DNA of 64,000 bases from Pseudomonadales bacterium (lineage in GTDB: Bacteria > Pseudomonadota > Gammaproteobacteria > Pseudomonadales > CAWVSB01), in contig JBKEHH010000015.1 of assembly GCA_046710535.1 (NCBI GenBank), positions 3,525 through 67,524 on the forward strand, written 5' to 3'. The notes beneath the pieces were generated by a model, which saw only the letters and a list, made by a program, of their open reading frames with translations, searched no databases and had not been told where the DNA came from. Of the stretch, positions 49,976-57,206 are shown piece by piece (the stretch's first letter is position 1; each line of letters begins with the position of its first letter). The position numbers and the translations under genes are program-made.

Positions 49976-51652
49976 TCATTGCGCAGCGTATGCCAAGCTG
50001 TCTCCGGATTTAACAACACTCACTGACTTCAACAATTGTGTTTGATACTCAGTTGATAACACGGTGCTTACGGCGACAAAATCAGTCCGTGCCCTATGGT
50101 GATCTAATACCAAACGAATGTATCCGTTGTACCGTGTTTCTGTCCAGACCACTTCGTCATTGTGATTGGCAAGTAGTTTATCCATCAACTCGGCACCCTC
50201 AAGACCATAGCGTAAGAAATCGCCGGGGGAGGAAATCCCTGTTGAGCCCAGCTCAACACCCATAGCCTCTCCCGACTCTGTGTGTAAAGTATTTTGCCAA
50301 AAACTGTGGCTGTCTCCGGTGAGTACCAAAAGGTCCTTGGCACCCGCTGCTGAGCATGTCCGATAAAAACGTTCGCGGGCTGCCGGATAGCCATCCCAGG
50401 TATCCAGATAGATGGGTAGATCTAATTTACCTAACTGGGTCATAGCTTTCAATTCTTCTGCCAGTGGGTCGGGATTCTGTGAAGGATTGGCCTGGAAGAA
50501 AGCATGATCCAAATGTGGAACATGTGTTTTCGCCATTGGAATTTGGTTGCCGATTAAGCGCCAGGTTCTTTTTGAGGAAACAGATTCGCTTAGGGACTCA
50601 AACAAAAATCGTTCCATTGGGTCAGAAAGCATATTGCGTGAGGGATCAGCTAAAACGTCGGCTAGAAACTTATCAGTACCTTCGCGAGTTTCCAAAGAAG
50701 TCTTGTGTTCGAGATAATCAATTTGCTTGGCTCTGCCTGTGTGACGGGTTTCCAGCGTAATCAGGCTCAGCAGGTCGCCAAACTGAAAATGTCGCCAATA
50801 CTGCGCCCGGCTTGTGCCCAGATCGGGATCGCGAATGGGCATCCACTCATAGTAGGCCTGCAATGAAGCGTCTCTCCGCAGGGGCCATGCGCCTTCTGTT
50901 TCGCTCTGGTGGTTCTGTGCGCCATGCATCCAGGGATTGTTCGTAGACTCATGATCATCCCACAGGACGACAACAGGATGTGCGGCGTGCATGTTCTGTG
51001 AACCCTGGTCCGATTTGTATTGAGCATGGCGCAAACGGTAGTCTGCCAGAGAAATAATTTCATGGGGTGGTTGGTGAGTTCTATTTAGCTCAGCGCCAAT
51101 TGTCTCGCCCCAGCCATCCTGCGCGTACTCATAGATATAGTCACCCAGATGTATTACCAGATCGATCTCTGCGTCCTTGGCAATCGCATCGTAGGCGTTA
51201 AAGTAACCGAAGGGATAGTTGGAACACGACGCGACAGCGATACCGAGCTTTTCCACATGGCCATCGGGTAACGTCATGGTCCGCCCGGCTGCGGAGACTC
51301 CTGAATTTTCGCTAAAGCGGTAGTAGTAGACTTGGCCAGGTTTGAGATTCTGCACCAGTACTTTGACAGTGAAATCCCGGTCAGCATTCGTTTGCTTGGA
51401 GCCAGACTGAATCATCCGGCTGAAATCCGCATCCATTGCGATTTCCCATTTAACCCGAGGTTGTGAGCTGGTTGAGGTGATGCGCGTCCAAATTACCAAG
51501 CTGGTTTGGTCTGGATCGCCGCTGGCGACGCCATGCCGAAAGAAGCTTGTGCCGGTGTTTAGAGACCGAGCTTGAACACGATAGGCTAGCGGGGCCGCCA
51601 ACACGGCAGACATACCCTTAAGTACCACTCTTCTAGATAACAGTTTTTTCAT
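49976..51652 (-). CDS. phoD: Alkaline phosphatase D family (PhoD), Tat-exported
   Basis: 558 aa with a Tat-like leader MKKLLSRRVVLKG and PhoD metallophosphatase blocks (GVASGDP, HLGDYIYE, WDDHE, GDSH). Confidence 0.9.
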   Translation of the reverse strand: MKKLLSRRVVLKGMSAVLAAPLAYRVQARSLNTGTSFFRHGVASGDPDQTSLVIWTRITSTSSQPRVKWEIAMDADFSRMIQSGSKQTNADRDFTVKVLVQNLKPGQVYYYRFSENSGVSAAGRTMTLPDGHVEKLGIAVASCSNYPFGYFNAYDAIAKDAEIDLVIHLGDYIYEYAQDGWGETIGAELNRTHQPPHEIISLADYRLRHAQYKSDQGSQNMHAAHPVVVLWDDHESTNNPWMHGAQNHQSETEGAWPLRRDASLQAYYEWMPIRDPDLGTSRAQYWRHFQFGDLLSLITLETRHTGRAKQIDYLEHKTSLETREGTDKFLADVLADPSRNMLSDPMERFLFESLSESVSSKRTWRLIGNQIPMAKTHVPHLDHAFFQANPSQNPDPLAEELKAMTQLGKLDLPIYLDTWDGYPAARERFYRTCSAAGAKDLLVLTGDSHSFWQNTLHTESGEAMGVELGSTGISSPGDFLRYGLEGAELMDKLLANHNDEVVWTETRYNGYIRLVLDHHRARTDFVAVSTVLSTEYQTQLLKSVSVVKSGDSLAYAAQ

Positions 51653-51680
51653 AGTTGATGTCGTTGATGCAATGAGTGAA

Positions 51681-51708
51681 TAAAATAGAGGCCGGAACTC
51701 CGGCCCCG
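51681..51708 (-). terminator. Rho-independent terminator after the TonB-dependent receptor
   Basis: On the minus strand, ggggccgga-gt-tccggcctc is followed by tattttatt. Confidence 0.6.
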
Positions 51709-51746
51709 ATTGTGAATATCGATAATTGGAGTATCGAGATTACCCG

Positions 51747-54158
51747 CTAAAAATCAATCGTTGCCGTCAGTGAAACCGTGCGCGGAGCACCCAGCCAGGC
51801 CCCATTGTTGACGATCGAGCCGAGATAGTCTTCGTCGAACAGGTTGTTGGCCACTAGATTCAGCGTCATGCCATCGCCGATACCATAAAATGTCGTGCCG
51901 ACGTACGCATCAACAACGGTATAAGAATCAACTTTCCAGGTGTTCGTGGTGTTAGCGAATCGATCACCCGTGTACTTGGCTGATATACCGGTAAAAAGCG
52001 ATTCTCCTGCCCAGTCAACGCTGACAACAAATTGTTTTTCTGCAATACCTAGCACTTCCAGTCCGGGTGTTATGCCCGCTTGATCATCCAGAATACTATT
52101 ACCCGTACCTAAGTAGGTCGAATCATTGTAGGTATACGCGGCATAGAGACTATAATGTTCAGTCAACGCGTAATCCAAAGCTAGCTCCAGCCCGCTGGAG
52201 TCGATACCGCCACTGTTTTCATAGAAGCCTGTTCCGGTGCCAAGATAATCAATCCCCGCTGGCGATGCAACACTGACAAAGATCAGTCTATTGTCGAAAT
52301 CGTTTTCGAAATAGGTGGCAGAAGCTGTGATCTTTTCAGCAGTGTAACGCAAGCCAATTTCCGTATTCGTTGAAGTTTCGGCTTCAATAGTACTCAGGTC
52401 AATTTCTGAGTCTTCCAGAAGCACATCTGAAATTGCTTTAAAATTCTCTGAGTAACCAACGAATGCTTCCAGTCCTTCAATACTTGTCTCCCACACCAAT
52501 CCGCCTGAAAGAAGCATGTCGGAATCTGAATTGACCTTAATAGCTGCAGTGTCACCAAACCTATCGTCGCGCTCGATATCAACCAAGAACTGTTTGACGC
52601 CCAAGCTCAGTGTAAGATTCTCTACCGTGAGACTATCCTGGAGATACCATTTGGTGGTTTCCTGATCGAAACTGTACTTGTATTGAATATAGTAGGGACT
52701 TGAGTCAAAAGCGGGGCCTGCACTAGCGTCAGTAATTCTATGCCAATCGCGACTCTCGTCACGGGTTGAATCCTCGTACCAAAGACCGCCACGCACTTCA
52801 TTGTCAAAGCCTGCCAGCTCAGCGTTCCAGGTAAAATCTAGGGTTAAGCCAGTACGATCTTTTTCATAATGCGAGTGTCGATAGGATTGCACTGCAATAG
52901 CATCGGCTCCATAACAGTTCAGGCTGCGATCAAAGGCGGCACAGCCTGCGACAGTTGATGTGAGCCGGTTGCCATCCATATCGACATAGGTGAATTGTGC
53001 TCCGGTTCCTGTGAGCTCACTATCTCCGTTCACAGTTGCACCACCGGTAACCTCTGATAAATCAGCTGAAACATCAACCAAAAAAGGAGGTACCCAGTCA
53101 CCGCGTCCTTCATTGTGGTGATAATACACAGCACTTTTTAAATCAAAATTTTCGTTAAGTTCGAAGTCTGCCTTAAGATAAGCAAAGGTGTTTTCACGAA
53201 GTGTCGACCATGCTTGGCGGAAATTCTGATCAATATTCGGGACTCCGGTCCAGCGGGCTGTTAGGCCGTCATCTTCAGAATCGGCATCGAACTGCGCAGC
53301 CGAGTATATCCGCTGATAGTTATCTTCATGCGTATCGTCATATGAAACATAGGCGGTGATATATACTGCATCCAGGTCGGAAACTAGTTTTGCAGCAAAG
53401 TGATCACGTTCGTTCTCTGCCGTTTCGGTAATCCAATCCGTTGCTTCCTGATAAGAATAGGAGACCCAGGCCTTCGTATTACCAGCAAACTCTCCGGTGT
53501 CGTAGCGCAGAGAATAGCGCCGTCCATCAAACTCTCCGATAGATGTTTCAAGCTGAAAAGATCGTTCCTCGGCGGGGAGATCGGTGAGGTAATTTATAGT
53601 ACCGCCCAGGGCTTCATTAGAACGTGAAGATATATCAGCGGTACCTTGTGTGACTTCAATTCCACCCAAATTAGCTGGATCAATAAAGCGATTGGATTTG
53701 GAGCCCCCTCCATAGTTGGAACCTCCATTTGGCAGGCCATCTATTGTTGTGCCAACTTGTTGTTCCTCCAGATTGGTGGTGAAGCCTCGAATAGTAATGG
53801 CTGTAGACCAGTCATCAAATCCGTAGGTGTCACCTTCGTTGACGGAAACTCCCGGAAGGTTATCGATTAGGGCGTTAATACTGGTGATGTTAGATTGTTG
53901 CCTGCGCATAGATTCGGTGACGAGGCTTTTACCATAGGTAGATCCTTGGGCCACAATAATCACTTCTTCTAGTGCGCTCTCTTGTGCTTGCACAGACGCA
54001 GTCATACCAACTGCAGTTGCAATTGAACACGCTCTTGCGATTTTGTTTAATTTAAGGCATGGACGACGGGAAATAATATTCACAACTAACTCTCCTGATA
54101 AATGCCGTTTTGTAGCGGCTAAGAATAAACTGCTGTTCACGCAGTTTAGAGCCATCAT
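51747..54158 (-). CDS. TonB-dependent outer-membrane receptor
   Basis: Plug domain (EEVIIVAQGSTYGKS..., ITIRGF), a long beta-barrel, and a terminal ...LTATIDF. The most plausible start is the GTG at 54083, preceded by AGGAGAG, which gives the signal peptide ...ATAVGMTASVQA. Confidence 0.9.
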   Translation of the reverse strand: MMALNCVNSSLFLAATKRHLSGELVVNIISRRPCLKLNKIARACSIATAVGMTASVQAQESALEEVIIVAQGSTYGKSLVTESMRRQQSNITSINALIDNLPGVSVNEGDTYGFDDWSTAITIRGFTTNLEEQQVGTTIDGLPNGGSNYGGGSKSNRFIDPANLGGIEVTQGTADISSRSNEALGGTINYLTDLPAEERSFQLETSIGEFDGRRYSLRYDTGEFAGNTKAWVSYSYQEATDWITETAENERDHFAAKLVSDLDAVYITAYVSYDDTHEDNYQRIYSAAQFDADSEDDGLTARWTGVPNIDQNFRQAWSTLRENTFAYLKADFELNENFDLKSAVYYHHNEGRGDWVPPFLVDVSADLSEVTGGATVNGDSELTGTGAQFTYVDMDGNRLTSTVAGCAAFDRSLNCYGADAIAVQSYRHSHYEKDRTGLTLDFTWNAELAGFDNEVRGGLWYEDSTRDESRDWHRITDASAGPAFDSSPYYIQYKYSFDQETTKWYLQDSLTVENLTLSLGVKQFLVDIERDDRFGDTAAIKVNSDSDMLLSGGLVWETSIEGLEAFVGYSENFKAISDVLLEDSEIDLSTIEAETSTNTEIGLRYTAEKITASATYFENDFDNRLIFVSVASPAGIDYLGTGTGFYENSGGIDSSGLELALDYALTEHYSLYAAYTYNDSTYLGTGNSILDDQAGITPGLEVLGIAEKQFVVSVDWAGESLFTGISAKYTGDRFANTTNTWKVDSYTVVDAYVGTTFYGIGDGMTLNLVANNLFDEDYLGSIVNNGAWLGAPRTVSLTATIDF

Positions 54159-54171
54159 TAAAATGGAAATT

Positions 54172-54211
54172 TATGACTGGCAGATGTCAGAAATAAGTAG
54201 ATTTTGTGACG
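54172..54211 (-). promoter_or_regulatory. Candidate tandem Pho boxes upstream of the TonB-dependent receptor
   Basis: The minus strand reads cgtcaca-aaat-ctactta-tttc-tgacatc-tgcc-agtcata. These are four 7 nt units at 11 bp spacing that resemble the CTGTCAT-N4-CTGTCAT PhoB consensus. A taatga -10-like hexamer follows about 12 nt downstream. Confidence 0.35.
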
Positions 54212-54273
54212 TTTCCCCTGCGTGCCAATCTGAGCCCATAAACTCGTTGTCTGGGATAATGTATATTTCAAGG

Positions 54274-54956
54274 TGACAACTATGGGATCAACGCAATGCC
54301 AAAGCCTCCCAGCCAAGCACCGAACACTCAAGTAACGCCAGCACCTGCCTTAGAAAAACGAATGACGCGTACCTATAAAACTGAGTATAAAATGAAGATC
54401 ATCGCTCAAACCGACGCCTGAAAGCATGGTGAGCTTGGCGCGTTACTTAGACGAGAAAAATTATACAGCAACCAGCTTTCAGCATGGCAGAGCGAGTTAA
54501 AAAACGGCGGCATAGCCAGATTATAAAAGACTGTGCCTGGCCCAAAGGCCTCTAAAACACCGGATCAACACCATATCGGGCAACTTGAAAAAGCCAATGC
54601 TCGATAGGCCAGAGAGCTCGAAATAGCTAATGATTGTTTAGATCGCCAACAAAAAGCCTTATCAATGTACGATCATTTGAACAGTGGCAACAATGTATGA
54701 TGACAGTGCTAAGTGAGCGTTTGCCATCACTTCCCTTAACGCGGGCTTGCATGGCCTTGGGCCTGAATGGAAGCACAGTCTATGCACCCCAATGGCGTGC
54801 ATCAAATGGCGAACCACTCCCGCGTTGAGGAAAAATTCAATCCAACCTAAGGAGCTCAAGGCAGAAGAACGTGAAACAGTTGTGAAGACTCTAAATGGGG
54901 AAGGATTTGCCGACCAATCACCAAAAAAAGTCTATCAGTGATTGCTGGAAACCAGA
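54274..54956 (+). mobile_element. IS3-family insertion sequence remnant (orfA with three nonsense codons, orfB truncated)
   Basis: From the ATG at 54296: MPKPPSQ...RTYKTEYKMKIIAQTDA*KHGELGALLRREKLYSNQLSAWQSELKNGGIARL*KTVPGPKASKTPDQHHIGQLEKANAR*ARELEIANDCLD. This is followed by the orfB N-terminus LTRACMALGLNGSTVY...KELKAEERETVVKTLNGEGFADQSPKKVYQ*. Similarity ends at the TTAAAGGGGTCG terminus. Confidence 0.8.
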
Positions 54957-54976
54957 TTAAAGGGGTCGTAACGGTC
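54957..54976 (+). repeat. Solo TTAAAGGGGTCG terminus truncating the IS3 remnant
   Basis: ttaaaggggtcgtaacggtc, in the same orientation as 49845. Confidence 0.6.
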
Positions 54977-55281
54977 TTTTTTACAGTGCTTGCCATACAT
55001 TCATCTTTAGGAATAAATGGGTGAGTGTAAAAAATCTTTCACCACTATATTTTTTAAGGGGTGGCCATCGTAGTAATAATTAGTGTGTGCCTGCTAATCA
55101 CTACTACCAAGTCTCTTTTTAAACCTCAGGAGTCCCACCGCCCTTGCCAATTTTAACTGGGTGAGCGGTTATTGAATATTCAAACGAGCTAGGTGCTATA
55201 AGTTTCTATGGTTTAGACTTGTACCAGAAAAGTGGTTGCGACATAAAAAAGGGAGAGTCAATATGAATGGTTGATGAATTC

Positions 55282-55315
55282 TTTTTCATTTTTCATTTTT
55301 CATTTTTTATTTTAT
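55282..55315. repeat. Heptanucleotide microsatellite (TTTTTCA)x3 plus T-rich tail
   Basis: tttttcatttttcatttttcattttttatttta lies in AT-rich non-coding DNA. Confidence 0.8.
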
Positions 55316-55476
55316 ATAAATAATAGTGAATAATTGGACTTGATTAGGTTGCTTTGTTTCATATTGGTACTAACCTCAAGCTATTAATGTAAATAAAAAA
55401 TATGGAAATTTTAATACACAAAAACTAAAGTGATCGTAACGAATATTATTTGTACAGTTTTCGACCTAGGCGTAAT

Positions 55477-55628
55477 AATCTGAACAGCCCCGAGGCTGCG
55501 CGCTGAAGCGGTTGATTCAAATTGCGGTACAATTTGTCGAACCAGACGGTGGTTCTGACTCGGGATGCCCTGTCCCTCGGGCTTTACCCGACCTAAAGGT
55601 CGCCCAAATCGGCTGTCCTGCCGATTTG
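55477..55628. repeat. R block, copy 2
   Basis: Aligns with 48718-48859 and carries a ~10 nt insertion (gctgaagcgg) near its left end. It is separated from the tRNA-Phe terminator by about 20 bp. Confidence 0.85.
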
Positions 55629-55650
55629 TTAACCACCACCAAGCGCACAT

Positions 55651-55675
55651 AAAAAAGCCCCGCTAAAAGCGAGGC
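55651..55675 (-). terminator. Rho-independent terminator of tRNA-Phe
   Basis: Minus-strand RNA gccucgcu-uuu-agcggggc (8 bp including one G.U pair) followed by U6, 10 nt after the tRNA 3' end. Confidence 0.75.
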
Positions 55676-55685
55676 TATTTTTATA

Positions 55686-55761
55686 TGGTGCCCGGAGACA
55701 GAATCGAACTGCCGACACGGGGATTTTCAATCCCCTGCTCTACCGACTGAGCTATCCGGGC
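55686..55761 (-). tRNA. tRNA-Phe (anticodon GAA)
   Basis: The reverse complement gcccggatagctcagtcggtagagcaggggattgaaaatccccgtgtcggcagttcgattctgtctccgggcacca is 76 nt with an encoded CCA. It folds as a cloverleaf with a GAA anticodon and is near-identical to E. coli tRNA-Phe outside the variable loop and T-stem. Confidence 0.97.
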
Positions 55762-55831
55762 GGTATCTGTAAGCTGGTAGCTTCAGAAGCCGCGTATTAA
55801 ACCGTTTGAGGCCGTCTGAGTCAAGCCAGAT

Positions 55832-56104
55832 TTACTCAGTTGGGGCTACATATCCGTCAATGCGGTCAGTTTCTTCATTATTGAGGAATTTTTCCATTTG
55901 ATCGGCTAAATATACCCGGCTTGCGGGCTCAAATGCGTTGAGTTTTTTCTCATTCATCAGCATTGTTTGAATAGTTTGCCATTCTAGCCATGCTTTTTTA
56001 GAGACGGTTTCGAAAATTTCTTGGCCTTTTGGGCCCGGATAGGGCGGCGCTGGCAATGCTTCTAGGTCTTGCTGGTATTTGCGACACATTAGGGTGTTGG
56101 TCAT
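55832..56104 (-). CDS. yggX: Oxidative damage protection protein (Fe(II)-trafficking) YggX
   Basis: 90 aa with the YggX pattern (...ALPAPPYPGPKGQEIFETVSKKAWLEWQ...). Downstream of mutY as in other gammaproteobacteria. Confidence 0.9.
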   Translation of the reverse strand: MTNTLMCRKYQQDLEALPAPPYPGPKGQEIFETVSKKAWLEWQTIQTMLMNEKKLNAFEPASRVYLADQMEKFLNNEETDRIDGYVAPTE

Positions 56105-56129
56105 GATAATTCCTCTGTTGTTGCGCTAA

Positions 56130-57206
56130 TTAGGGGGTTGCCGCTAGCGCTAGTTGTTCTAGTAGGCGTTTAACTGGTGCGGCTAGGCCTCTGTTGTCTG
56201 GTTGACGCATGTTATACCAGACCCAGCGGTCGGCTTCCATTACGGCTAGCGTTTTGGTATCAATGGTTTGGGCAATTGGTTCTATCATTAAATGGTAATG
56301 ACTAAAGGTATGACGATGGCTGGGCCAGGGTTTGGCGTTGCCAATGGTTTTGGCGGCCAGTTTGTCTTTTACCCAGTGTTTAGTGTTGGTGTCTGTGTCG
56401 GCTTCTGGAAAGCTCCATAGCCCTCCCCAGATACCGCTAGGCGGGCGTTTTTCTAGCAGTACTTCGCCGCTTTCATTTAACAGCATTAGCATTTGGATGT
56501 GTTTGGTTGGGATTTGCTTGTTGGGTTTGCGGTGTGGGTAAACGTCGGTACTGCCTTCTATATATGCCTTGCAGTGTTTTTGCATGGGGCAGCTAGGGCA
56601 GGCCGGTTTACTGCGCGTACAAACCGTTGCGCCTAAATCCATAATGGCTTGGGTGTAGTCGGCTACGCGCTTGATAGGCGTGTATTGGTCAGCGTAATGC
56701 CATAGCTGTTTAGCGGTGCTGCTGGTGCCATACCAGCCTTCAACTGTGTGCACTCTTGCTAGTACGCGTTTTACATTGCCGTCTAATATTGGCGCGCGGT
56801 TATTAAAGGCGATTGAGCTAATAGCGCCGGCGGTTGAAAGCCCAATGCCGGGTAGCTCTATCAGCTCATCTACGGTTGAGGGGAATTCACCGCCATGCAA
56901 TTCACAAACTTGTTTAGCTGCTTTATGTAAATTGCGGGCGCGGGCGTAATAGCCCAGGCCAGTCCAAAGGTGCAGTACTTCATCTTCCGGGGCGTTGGCT
57001 AAGTCGACCACTGCAGGGAAGGTTTGCATGAAACGCTGGAAATAGGGAATAACGGTGCTGACTTGGGTCTGCTGCAACATGATTTCTGACAGCCACACGC
57101 GATACGGCGTAATGTCATGTTGCCACGGTAGGTTTTTGCGCCCGTGTAGGTCAAACCATTTTAATAGCCGAGTAGAAAACCCTTTGGAAAATTTAGCTGC
57201 GGGCAT
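56130..57206 (-). CDS. mutY: A/G-specific adenine DNA glycosylase
   Basis: HhH-GPD domain ([27 protein letters not shown]), a 4Fe-4S cluster loop [17 protein letters not shown], and a C-terminal NUDIX-like domain. Confidence 0.95.
   Translation of the reverse strand: MPAAKFSKGFSTRLLKWFDLHGRKNLPWQHDITPYRVWLSEIMLQQTQVSTVIPYFQRFMQTFPAVVDLANAPEDEVLHLWTGLGYYARARNLHKAAKQVCELHGGEFPSTVDELIELPGIGLSTAGAISSIAFNNRAPILDGNVKRVLARVHTVEGWYGTSSTAKQLWHYADQYTPIKRVADYTQAIMDLGATVCTRSKPACPSCPMQKHCKAYIEGSTDVYPHRKPNKQIPTKHIQMLMLLNESGEVLLEKRPPSGIWGGLWSFPEADTDTNTKHWVKDKLAAKTIGNAKPWPSHRHTFSHYHLMIEPIAQTIDTKTLAVMEADRWVWYNMRQPDNRGLAAPVKRLLEQLALAATP

Noticed and set aside
49813-50019. 68 aa ORF ending ...LKLKGSEPF
   Set aside because: It is translated across the MITE terminal repeat and the solo TTAAAGGGGTCG end, and it overlaps the phoD 3' end. 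It is an artefact of repeat sequence.
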